A DNA stretch of 59,653 bases, filler included. It is 5 parts of 5 records of this genome, joined end to end, with 100 filler letters (N's around TTAATTAATTAA, not from the genome) between each part and the next. Parts side by side here need not be neighbours in the genome. Positions count along the whole stretch, not along the records: positions 1 to 22,488 come from DRR723986_3499; positions 22,589 to 39,628 come from DRR723986_3501; 3 more parts are not named here. One strand, written 5' to 3'. Made by a program: the position numbers and the translations under genes. Below are positions 19,303 to 27,905 of this stretch, piece after piece (the first letter of the stretch is position 1; every line of letters begins with the position of its first letter). Below the pieces are notes generated by a model that was given only the letters and a program-made list of their open reading frames with translations, ran no database searches and was not told where the DNA came from.

Positions 19303-19973
19303 GTAGCGGCCTCCTCGGTCAGGCTGTAGCCGATGCCGCGCTGCACCTTGATCATCAGACCATGCGGTTTGAGACGCTTGCGCAAACGTGAGACATGAAC
19401 TTCGACTGCCCCTTCCTCGATATCGGCCCCGGTGCCATAGAGGTGATCCAGCAGGTCAGCCTTTGACACGGTTCGCCCCTGTGCACCCAGCAGAACCTCC
19501 AACAGGCTGATTTCACGCCGGGGCATGGCGACCGGGCTGCCGCCGATGCTGACCTGCCGGGAATCCAGGTCGAGCTCTACATCGCCAAGCAACAAGGCAC
19601 GGACCATCGGTCTTGGTCTGCGCCGGGCAAGGGCACGCAGGCGGGCCTCCAACTCGTCCATCTCGAAAGGTTTCACCAGATAATCATCAGCGCCGGCATC
19701 CAATCCCTGAACCCTTTCCAGAGTGTCCGAGCGCGCGGTCAGCAACAAAACAGGTCGATCATCCCCCCGCCGGCGCAAGTTGCGCAGGATGGTCAGGCCG
19801 TCCATCCCCGGCAGGTTGATGTCGAGGATGATCAGTTCCGCCCCGTCGCCGCGCAGGTGGACATCCGCATCAGCACCATCTTCTATAAGATCTACGGAAT
19901 GCCCCATATCTTCCAGCCTGTAGGCTATGCCCCGGGCCAGGCTTTCATGATCTTCGATCAGGGCGATACGCAA
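19299..19973 (-). CDS. OmpR-family response regulator (TctD-like), TTG start
   Basis: Receiver LDINLPGMDG, GADDYLVKPF, winged-helix VHVSRLRKRL; divergent from the TctC-like gene. Confidence 0.92.
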   Translation of the reverse strand: MRIALIEDHESLARGIAYRLEDMGHSVDLIEDGADADVHLRGDGAELIILDINLPGMDGLTILRNLRRRGDDRPVLLLTARSDTLERVQGLDAGADDYLVKPFEMDELEARLRALARRRPRPMVRALLLGDVELDLDSRQVSIGGSPVAMPRREISLLEVLLGAQGRTVSKADLLDHLYGTGADIEEGAVEVHVSRLRKRLKPHGLMIKVQRGIGYSLTEEAAT

Positions 19974-20116
19974 TCGGATGGCCTCCGCAGCCAGTTTTTC
20001 GGGTCATGTAAGGTTGCCGAAAGGTTCGCAGGTCAGACAGGGATCATCAAGGGTACATAAACCTTGTCAAAGACCCGGCCAAAGGAGGCGGCCGGATCGA
20101 CATTTGGGAGGATAAC

Positions 20117-21232
20117 ATGTCGGAACACACAACACCGCGTCGCGCGGCCTATGCGCTTTGCGCAGCGTCCGCTTTGGCGATGACAATCGCAAGCCCGTCA
20201 CTGGCAGATGGTCACGGCGGCGTAGACTTTAGCGGAGAAACCATTGAGTTCGTGATTCCCTTCTCGGAATCTGGCGGTTCGGCCCGTTGGGCCAACTTCT
20301 TCGCGCCGCTTCTGTCAGAAGCTCTGCCGGGCAATCCGACCGTGGTCGTGCGCTATCGCCCCGGGGCGGGGTCGACCAGCGGTGCCAACTGGTTCCAGGA
20401 GCAGGACACCGATGACGGCACCCTGATCTTTGGTACGTCAGGCTCCACGCAGTTTCCCTACCTGCTTGGCGATCCCCGCGTTCGCTATGAATACAACGAC
20501 TGGCGCGTTGTTCTGGCCTCGGGCACCGGTGGCGTTGCCTACTTGCCGCCCGATCTGGCCGGCATGATGGACGGTCTGGACGCGACCGGCTTGCAGGATA
20601 CTGATTTCATCTGGGGCAGCCAGGGTGCGACCCGTCTTGATCTGGTGGCGAATCTGGGTTGGGAAATGCTTGGAATGAGCGTCGAGCCGGTCTTCGGCAT
20701 CGAAGGGCGCGGCGACGGCCGTCTGATGTTCGAACGCGGCGAAGCCAATATCGACTATCAGACGTCGTCGGCCTACCTGCGGTCCGTCGTTCCGCTGGTT
20801 GATGGCGGTTTGGCCGTCCCGATGATGACCTGGGGCGCATTGGACAGCGAAGGCAATATTGTCCGTGATCCGACCTTCCCCGATATCCCGAGCTTCATGG
20901 AAGTCTGCGAAGCGACCCCGGCCTGCGAAACCGAAGGCCCTGCATGGGAGGCCTGGCGCGCGTTCTTCATTGCCGGGTTCCCGGCCCAGAAGATGATCTT
21001 CCTGCCGGGTTCGGCGTCGGATGACGTCGTGGCGACCTATAGCGCAGCATTCAATGAGATCATCGCGCGCGATGACTTTGCAGAGTTGTCGGCAGCAACG
21101 CTTGGTGTCTATCCGCAGATGACTGAGGGCGGCGCACAGGCTGCGTTCAGTCTGGCGACACAGGTGCCAGACGAGGCGCGTGAATTCGTGCTGAACTGGC
21201 TTCAGGAACGCTATGGCGTTTCCCTGAACTGA
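20117..21232 (+). CDS. tctC: Tripartite tricarboxylate transporter substrate-binding protein (TctC/Bug family)
   Basis: Signal peptide, IPFSESGGS, PGAGSTSG; RBS GGGAGG; upstream of a TctA-like gene. Confidence 0.82.
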   Translation: MSEHTTPRRAAYALCAASALAMTIASPSLADGHGGVDFSGETIEFVIPFSESGGSARWANFFAPLLSEALPGNPTVVVRYRPGAGSTSGANWFQEQDTDDGTLIFGTSGSTQFPYLLGDPRVRYEYNDWRVVLASGTGGVAYLPPDLAGMMDGLDATGLQDTDFIWGSQGATRLDLVANLGWEMLGMSVEPVFGIEGRGDGRLMFERGEANIDYQTSSAYLRSVVPLVDGGLAVPMMTWGALDSEGNIVRDPTFPDIPSFMEVCEATPACETEGPAWEAWRAFFIAGFPAQKMIFLPGSASDDVVATYSAAFNEIIARDDFAELSAATLGVYPQMTEGGAQAAFSLATQVPDEAREFVLNWLQERYGVSLN

Positions 21233-21250
21233 TCCGGTTCTCGGATTTTC

Positions 21251-21277
21251 GGCCCCGCGTGTCTGTCGCGCGGGGCC
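21251..21277 (+). terminator. Intergenic GC-rich hairpin between tctC and tctA
   Basis: GGCCCCGCG / CGCGGGGCC 9-bp stem without a U-tract; more likely mRNA-stabilising than a full terminator. Confidence 0.5.
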
Positions 21278-21309
21278 ACGCATTCAACGCATAGCCAAAC
21301 GGTAAGATC

Positions 21310-22488
21310 ATGGATCTTTTAGCAACCGCGCTCCCGGCACTCGGAGAAGCGCTCGCTCTGATATTTCACCCGCAACAACTGATGTTTCTGGCAATCGGCG
21401 TTCTGCTCGGCTTGTCGGTTGGGGTCTTTCCCGGACTGGGTGGCATCGCGGGGTTGTCTCTGGTCTTGCCGTTCATGTTCGGGATGGAGCCGGTCTCGGG
21501 CCTGGCCTTGATGGTCGGTCTGATCGCGGTCGTCCCCACATCGGATACATTCGCCTCTGTGCTTCTGGGCATACCGGGGTCAACGGCCAGTCAGGCCACA
21601 GTCCTTGATGGATTTCCCTTGTCCAAGAAGGGCGAGGCAGCGCGGGCGTTGTCGGCGGCCTTCGTGTCTTCCCTGTTCGGCGGCCTGTTGGGGGCTTTGG
21701 TCCTGACCTTCTTCATCCTGGTCGCGCGCCCCCTGATCCTTGCCTTCGGTCTGCCAGAGATGTTGATGATCACCATTCTCGGGCTTTCGATGGTCGCAAT
21801 TCTGGCGGGTAGACTACCGCTAAAAGGCGTCGTGGCCGCCGGGCTCGGACTGATGATCGGCACTATCGGAGAGGCCCCAGCAGGCGGCAGCCTTCGAATG
21901 GTCAACTATGACATGCCCTATCTGCTGGATGGCTTTTCTCTGGTCATCGTGGGTCTTGGCATCTTCGCGATCCCCGAGATCGTCGCGCTGTTGCGGCAGG
22001 ATCGCGCCATTTCCAAATCAGGCGGGCTTGGCAAGGGTTGGCTCGATGGCCTGCGCGATTGGTTCAGCAATCTCTGGTTGTCGATCCGCTGTTCCGTGAT
22101 CGGCGTTCTTGTGGGCGTGATCCCCGGCCTCGGCGGGTCGGTCGTTGACTGGATCGCATACGGCTTCACGGTGCAATCCTCCAAGGATAAATCGCAATTC
22201 GGCAAGGGCGACATTCGCGGGGTGATCGGGCCCGAAAGTTCCAACAACGCCAAGGAAGGCGGGGGGCTGGTGCCGACGTTGATCTTCGGCATTCCGGGGT
22301 CCGGTTCAATGGCTGTGTTCCTTGGGGGGCTTGCGCTGCTTGGCTACGATCCCGGTCCGCACATGGTGCGCCACAACCTCGACATCACCTACACGATTGT
22401 CTGGTCGCTGGCGCTGGCGAATGTGATGGGGGCGGGGCTGTGCATCCTGCTTTCGGGGCAGATCGCCAAGCTGACGACGATCCGCTTC
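21310..22488 (+). CDS. tctA: Tripartite tricarboxylate transporter permease TctA (3'-truncated at contig end)
   Basis: GIPGSTASQATVLDGFPL, GPESSNNA, PTLIFGIPGS. Confidence 0.9.
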
Positions 22489-22588
22489 NNNNNNNNNNNN
22501 NNNNNNNNNNNNNNNNNNNNNNNNNNNNNNNNTTAATTAATTAANNNNNNNNNNNNNNNNNNNNNNNNNNNNNNNNNNNNNNNNNNNN
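22489..22588. other. Artificial contig linker
   Basis: 44 N + TTAATTAATTAA (stops in all six frames) + 44 N; identical at four places. Confidence 0.98.
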
Positions 22589-22608
22589 ACAATTTATCGA
22601 TAAATTGT
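22589..22608. promoter_or_regulatory. Perfect 20-bp palindrome, candidate operator of the TRAP operon
   Basis: ACAATTTATC|GATAAATTGT, about 115 bp upstream of dctP. Confidence 0.55.
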
Positions 22609-22724
22609 TGATGTTGACGGTTTTTGAGTCTAGTGTTTGTGAAGATGTGCTCCACAAGGTGTTCGAAGAATGCACCTCGAGCAGCATCCCGACGGGTAAT
22701 CCCCGCTTCCTAGAGGAGAAAATC

Positions 22725-23720
22725 ATGCTGCAATCTCGTTCCCTGACACGTGCCGGAATCCATCTGGCTGCTGCTGCCGCATTCGGCCTTGCGGGTTTCA
22801 CCGCTGCTTCCGCTGAGACCAAGTGGGACATGCCGACACCTTATGGTGACAGCAACTTTCACACACAGAACATTGCTGCCTTCGCTGAAGAAGTGAAGGA
22901 AAAGACTGACGGCTCACTGGTCATTCAGATCCACTCTGCGGGGTCGCTGTTCAAGCATCCGGAAATCAAGAACTCGGTCCGCAAGGGGCTTGCCCCGATC
23001 GGCGAAATTCTGGTATCCCGCCTTTCCAACGAAGATGCGGTCTTCGGGGTGGATTCCGTTCCTTTCCTGGCTCCGTCCTATGATCAGGCCTGGAAGCTTT
23101 ACCAGGCGTCGAAGCCTGCACTGGAAGAAAAGCTCGGCGAACAGGGACTGCAGCTGCTGTATGCCGTGCCGTGGCCGCCCCAGGGTATCTACGCCAAAAA
23201 GGAAATCACCAAGGGTGATGATCTCAAGGGTTTGAAATTCCGTGCCTACAACACAGCGACTGAGCGCCTGGCCCAGCTGGCTGGCGCCGTGCCGACGCAG
23301 GTTGAAGTGCCGGATATTCCGACCGCCTTTTCCACCGGTCGTGTCGAAGCCATGATCACGTCACCGTCCACCGGTGCGAATTCCAAGGCTTGGGACTTCC
23401 TGAGCCACTATCATGACACCCAGGCCTGGCTGCCGAAAAACATGGTGTTCGTCAACAAGGGTGCTTTCGACGCCCTGAGCGACGACGAAAAGGCAGCTGT
23501 CCTTGAAGCCGCCGATGTTGCTGAGAAGCGCGGCTGGGAAGCTTCCAAGGTAGAAACCAAGACGCAGACCCAGGTTCTGGTCGACAACGGCATCACTGTC
23601 GTTCAGCCGAGCAGCGAGCTGATCCAGGATCTCGCAGCAATTGGCGAGACGATGGCTGCCGAATGGCAAGAGGAAGCCGGTGAAACCGGCCAAGCCGTTC
23701 TCGAAGCCTATAAAAACTAA
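22725..23720 (+). CDS. dctP: TRAP transporter substrate-binding protein DctP
   Basis: Signal peptide, WPPQGIY, DLKGLKFRAYN; RBS GAGGAG before ATG 22725. Confidence 0.92.
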   Translation: MLQSRSLTRAGIHLAAAAAFGLAGFTAASAETKWDMPTPYGDSNFHTQNIAAFAEEVKEKTDGSLVIQIHSAGSLFKHPEIKNSVRKGLAPIGEILVSRLSNEDAVFGVDSVPFLAPSYDQAWKLYQASKPALEEKLGEQGLQLLYAVPWPPQGIYAKKEITKGDDLKGLKFRAYNTATERLAQLAGAVPTQVEVPDIPTAFSTGRVEAMITSPSTGANSKAWDFLSHYHDTQAWLPKNMVFVNKGAFDALSDDEKAAVLEAADVAEKRGWEASKVETKTQTQVLVDNGITVVQPSSELIQDLAAIGETMAAEWQEEAGETGQAVLEAYKN

Positions 23721-23733
23721 ACAGCTAAAGAAG

Positions 23734-23763
23734 CGCCGGACCTAACAAGTCCGGCGTTTTTTT
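23734..23763 (+). terminator. Rho-independent terminator/attenuating hairpin after dctP
   Basis: CGCCGGAC / GTCCGGCG stem followed by a T7 tract. Confidence 0.8.
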
Positions 23764-23795
23764 AATATCAGCTGCACATCCGGTAGGGGAAGCCG

Positions 23796-24353
23796 ATGCG
23801 AAAGGCTTTGAATACGCTTTATCAAGCGTCAACGGCTATGGCTGCGTGTTGTCTCGTTGTCATTGCCAGTCTTGTTGTTCTTCAGGTGTTTGGACGCATA
23901 TTCGACTGGTCTCGAACGGTTTTTGGTCTTGAGCCACTCGGGCTGCAGGTTCCTTCACTTGCTGAAATTGCAGGTTTTCTGCTGGTAGGGGCGTCCTTTC
24001 TTGCCCTATCCGGGACGTTGCGCAACGGTGATCACATCAGGGTCGCGATCCTGCTGCAGTCCGTGCCCAAAGCTGGGGCGCGCATCCTGAATGTCTGGGC
24101 GGTTGCGGTCGCTCTTGCGCTGGCGGCATTCTTTACATGGAACGCCGGACAGCTTGCGCTCGACAGCTTCAAATTCAACGAAACCTCCTACGGCGTCATT
24201 CCGATCCCGCTCGTCTTTCCACAGTCGGTGATGACTTTCGGGCTGCTGGTGTTCTCAATCGCTTTGCTGGACGACCTGATCATGGCGCTCACTGGCAAGG
24301 CGCCGAGTTTTGAATCGGTCGTGAAGGCCGATCCGATAGAGGGGAAAGAATAA
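23796..24353 (+). CDS. dctQ: TRAP transporter small permease DctQ
   Basis: Four TM segments, GDHIRV motif; lies between dctP and dctM. Confidence 0.9.
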   Translation: MRKALNTLYQASTAMAACCLVVIASLVVLQVFGRIFDWSRTVFGLEPLGLQVPSLAEIAGFLLVGASFLALSGTLRNGDHIRVAILLQSVPKAGARILNVWAVAVALALAAFFTWNAGQLALDSFKFNETSYGVIPIPLVFPQSVMTFGLLVFSIALLDDLIMALTGKAPSFESVVKADPIEGKE

Positions 24354-25657
24354 TGGATCTCTCCCTTGTCGCCCTCCTGCTCGGCATTGGGATGCTGGCG
24401 GCGCTTGCAACCGGTATCTGGGTAGCCGTTGCGCTGTTTGCCGTCGCGCTTGCTGCAATGATGGTTCTTGTATCTGCGCCTGCCGGTCCCGTTCTGGCAA
24501 CGACGGTTTGGGGGGTATCGAACTCCTGGGATCTGACGGCGCTGCCCATGTTCATCTGGATGGGTGAAATCCTGTTCCGATCTCGTCTGTCGGAGGACAT
24601 GTTCGCCGGTCTTTCTCCCTGGATGCGCAATCTGCCGGGCCGGCTGCTGCATGTGAACATTCTCGGGTGCGGTATCTTTGCCGCCGTGTCGGGGTCTTCA
24701 GCCGCTACCACCGCTACCATCGGTCGTATGTCTCTGCCTGAATTGAAGCAGCGCGGGTATGACGAACGCATGGCGATCGGCACACTGGCAGGATCGGGTA
24801 CGCTGGGCCTGCTCATTCCGCCATCGATCATCCTGATTGTTTATGGCGCTGCGACCGAGCAGTCGATTGCCCGGTTGTTCATGGCAGGCGTTCTGCCAGG
24901 CGCAATGCTTTGCCTCCTGTTCATGGGCTATGTCGCGATCTGGGCACTGCTGAACAAGGACAAGATGCCTGCGAAGGAGGAAGTCATTCCCTTCATCGAG
25001 CGACTTCTTGCAACGCGCAGGCTGTTTCCGGTGATCGGTCTGATCGTGGGTGTGATCGGCTCGATCTATGCGGGTCTTGCTTCGCCCACAGAGGCGGCGG
25101 CCATCGGTGTCATGCTGGCCTTGCTTCTGTCCTGGGTAAGCGGAACGTTGAACCGCAAGAGCTTCGCTGAAGCGTTGATGGGCGCAACGCGGACATCCTG
25201 CATGATCGCGTTCATTCTGGCCGGCGCAGCATTCCTGACCGTTGCCATGGGGTACACCGGCATCCCGCGTGAGTTGGCTGCCTGGATCGGCTCGCTGAAC
25301 CTGTCACCCTACGCGCTCCTGATTGCCCTGACGCTGTTCTTCGTTGTGCTCGGGTGTTTTCTGGATGGCATTTCGGTGGTGGTTCTGACGACCTCCGTTA
25401 TCCTTCCTATGGTGGAGCAGGCCGGCCTCGATCTCATCTGGTTCGGTATTTACCTGGTGCTGGTGGTCGAAATGAGCCAGATCACGCCACCTGTCGGATT
25501 CAATCTGTTCGTGCTGCAAGGCATGACCGGGTACAACATCTTCAAGGTTGCCCGCATGGCCTTGCCGTTCTTCCTGTTGATGATCCTGGCAATCGTCTTG
25601 ATTGTGACCTTTCCGGGCTTGGCTCTTTGGTTGCCGCAGACGATGTTGAGCAACTAG
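24353..25657 (+). CDS. dctM: TRAP transporter large permease DctM
   Basis: FAAVSGSSAAT, GTLGLLIPPSI, SPTEAAA, ITPPVGFNLFV. Confidence 0.94.
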   Translation: MDLSLVALLLGIGMLAALATGIWVAVALFAVALAAMMVLVSAPAGPVLATTVWGVSNSWDLTALPMFIWMGEILFRSRLSEDMFAGLSPWMRNLPGRLLHVNILGCGIFAAVSGSSAATTATIGRMSLPELKQRGYDERMAIGTLAGSGTLGLLIPPSIILIVYGAATEQSIARLFMAGVLPGAMLCLLFMGYVAIWALLNKDKMPAKEEVIPFIERLLATRRLFPVIGLIVGVIGSIYAGLASPTEAAAIGVMLALLLSWVSGTLNRKSFAEALMGATRTSCMIAFILAGAAFLTVAMGYTGIPRELAAWIGSLNLSPYALLIALTLFFVVLGCFLDGISVVVLTTSVILPMVEQAGLDLIWFGIYLVLVVEMSQITPPVGFNLFVLQGMTGYNIFKVARMALPFFLLMILAIVLIVTFPGLALWLPQTMLSN

Positions 25658-25719
25658 TGCATTCCTCCCCGTGACCGAACAGGGGCGGATGTACGCACAC
25701 CTTTGAAACGATCAGAAAA

Positions 25720-25749
25720 GGGCCTTCGACCGGTTTCGGTCGGAGGCCC
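25720..25749. terminator. Stem-loop between dctM and the MarR gene
   Basis: GGGCCTTCGACCG-gttt-CGGTCGGAGGCCC 13-bp stem with one G-U pair. Confidence 0.55.
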
Positions 25750-25781
25750 GCTGAAAAACCAAACTGTGCCGGAGATCAGAT

Positions 25782-26318
25782 GTGACGGATAATCCCGACT
25801 CCAGAAGCGATGCCCCCATCGGGCCTGTTGTCTCTGCAGCGCATCTTGCCTCCGGTGCAATGCCTGCGCTTTCGGAGATCGAATTCGCGGTGACCATGAT
25901 GGTCAATGCCTATCACCGATGGATGGTACGCTGCATGGCGGCCAGCGGGTCGCAGGGGCTTGGTCCCCTTGATGTGCTTGTGCTTCATTCGGTCAATCAC
26001 CGCGGCCGAGCAAAGACACTGTCAGACATCTGTCTTGTGCTGAACATCGAAGACACTCACACGGTTACCTATGCGCTGAAGAAGCTTGAAAAGGCTGGCC
26101 TCATTTCATCTGGCCGTCGGGGCAAGGAAAAGACCGCCGAAATCACGAAATCAGGCGAAACTGCCTGCCTTGAGTACCGGCGTCTGCGCGAGGCTCTCCT
26201 GGTCAAGCCAATGAAGGCGCTGGGCCTCGACGAAAACGAACTCTCCAAACTTGCCGCTACATTGCGACTGGTGTCCGGCAACTACGATCAGGCCGCTCGC
26301 GCCGCTGCAGCCATGTGA
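25782..26318 (+). CDS. MarR-family winged-helix regulator
   Basis: VVSAAHLA, LNIEDTHTVTYALKKL, NYDQAARAAA, typical of TRAP-associated MarR proteins. Confidence 0.85.
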   Translation: MTDNPDSRSDAPIGPVVSAAHLASGAMPALSEIEFAVTMMVNAYHRWMVRCMAASGSQGLGPLDVLVLHSVNHRGRAKTLSDICLVLNIEDTHTVTYALKKLEKAGLISSGRRGKEKTAEITKSGETACLEYRRLREALLVKPMKALGLDENELSKLAATLRLVSGNYDQAARAAAAM

Positions 26319-26384
26319 TATGCACACAGGGGAATGTTCGCGTTCATTTGTTGAATATTCCAAAATTTCTTGTAGTATCGAATT

Positions 26385-26723
26385 ATGGAAGATCAGGAAG
26401 CAGTCTCTGCATTGGGTGCCTTGGCACAGGAAGACCGGCTGGCGGCGTTCCGGTTGCTGATGACGGTCGGGCCAGATGGGTTGCCGTCCGGCTCGGTTGC
26501 CGAGCGACTGGACATACAGCCAACCAGGATGTCGTTTCATCTGACCACGTTGGAACGGGCCGGGCTGCTGACGACCCGCCGGGAGGGCAGGCATATTCTT
26601 TATGCGGTCGACTATGACCGCATGCGGAACCTTCTGGGTTTTCTGATGGAAGACTGCTGCGGCAACGATCCCGCTGTCTGCTGTTTTCCGGCAGCAGATT
26701 TTAAGAAACCTTCGGGACTTTGA
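26385..26723 (+). CDS. arsR: ArsR/SmtB family metalloregulator
   Basis: ALAQEDRL, MSFHLTTLERAGL HTH; C-terminal CCxxxxxxCC ligands; first gene of the ars cluster. Confidence 0.9.
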   Translation: MEDQEAVSALGALAQEDRLAAFRLLMTVGPDGLPSGSVAERLDIQPTRMSFHLTTLERAGLLTTRREGRHILYAVDYDRMRNLLGFLMEDCCGNDPAVCCFPAADFKKPSGL

Positions 26724-26739
26724 CAGGACGATACCTCAC

Positions 26740-27153
26740 ATGAGCATGACGATTTATCACAACCCGAAATGCGGCACGTCCCGCAACACGCTGGAAATGA
26801 TCCGTAAATCCGGCGTTGAGCCGCAGGTTATCGAATATCTGAAAACACCGCCGAGCCGCGAAGAACTCGTTGACCTCATCAAGCGCACCGGTCTTCCGGT
26901 GCGGGACATCCTTCGCCAGAAGGGAACGCCCTATGATGAATTGGGTCTCGGTGAGGACAGGTGGACGGACGACCAACTGATCGATTTCATGATGGAACAT
27001 CCGATCCTGATCAACAGGCCGATCGTGGTGTCGGAAAAAGGCGTCCGCCTGTGCCGTCCGTCCGAGAAGGTGCTGGACCTGTTGCCAAAGGATATCGGGT
27101 CTTTCACCAAGGAAGACGGCGAAGTGGTTTCGTCCGGAGCGCCAGATGCCTGA
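26740..27153 (+). CDS. arsC: Arsenate reductase (glutaredoxin-dependent)
   Basis: [27 protein letters not shown]. Confidence 0.95.
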   Translation: MSMTIYHNPKCGTSRNTLEMIRKSGVEPQVIEYLKTPPSREELVDLIKRTGLPVRDILRQKGTPYDELGLGEDRWTDDQLIDFMMEHPILINRPIVVSEKGVRLCRPSEKVLDLLPKDIGSFTKEDGEVVSSGAPDA

Positions 27154-27886
27154 GCCGAAAAGTTCGCATGCAGACTTGAAGAACGTGACGGCGGCAGACT
27201 TTCAGGAAATCGACCGGGAGAAGTTGCAGGTTCCAACGGGGCCGTCGCATCCACCGCGGATATTGCTGCTCTATGGTTCCCTGCGCGAGCGGTCCTACAG
27301 CCGCTTCCTCGTGCACGAAGCACAAAGACTGCTGCAGGCTTATGGTGCGGAGACCCGGATCTACGATCCATCAGGTCTGCCGCTTCCCGATGACAGCGGT
27401 GCCGATCATCCCAAAGTCACCGAACTGAGAAATCTATGTGCCTGGTCCGAAGGACAAGTTTGGTGCTCTCCCGAACGCCATGGGGCAATGACCGGTGTAC
27501 TCAAGTCGCAGATTGACTGGATCCCGCTGAGTTTTGGCGCCATCCGGCCGACACAGGGCAAGACACTGGCCTTGATGCAGGTTTCGGGAGGTTCGCAGTC
27601 TTTCAATGCAGTCAACCAGATGCGTGTCCTCGGCCGCTGGATGCGGATGGTTACCATCCCCAATCAGTCGTCGGTGCCCAAGGCCTACCAGGAATTTGAC
27701 GACGATGGCCGCATGAAACCATCGGCCCTTTACGACCGGGTGGTCGATGTCATGGAAGAGCTCGTCAAGTTCACGCTGCTGGTTCGTGGCCGATCGGACT
27801 ATCTCGTCGATCGTTACTCCGAACGCAAGGCAGACCGCGAACGGCAGTCGGCCGCTCAGGATGCCGCAGCCGGGGTCAGCCTCTGA
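27146..27886 (+). CDS. arsH: Arsenical resistance protein ArsH (NADPH-dependent FMN reductase)
   Basis: [39 protein letters not shown]. Confidence 0.95.
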   Translation: MPEPKSSHADLKNVTAADFQEIDREKLQVPTGPSHPPRILLLYGSLRERSYSRFLVHEAQRLLQAYGAETRIYDPSGLPLPDDSGADHPKVTELRNLCAWSEGQVWCSPERHGAMTGVLKSQIDWIPLSFGAIRPTQGKTLALMQVSGGSQSFNAVNQMRVLGRWMRMVTIPNQSSVPKAYQEFDDDGRMKPSALYDRVVDVMEELVKFTLLVRGRSDYLVDRYSERKADRERQSAAQDAAAGVSL

Positions 27887-27905
27887 AAACCTTCAATCGC
27901 GGTTT

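Noticed and set aside
22533-22544. TTAATTAATTAA palindrome repeated four times (also 39673, 47122, 53588) as a biological repeat or CtrA site
   Set aside because: Always centred in exactly 44+44 N; it is a synthetic contig spacer
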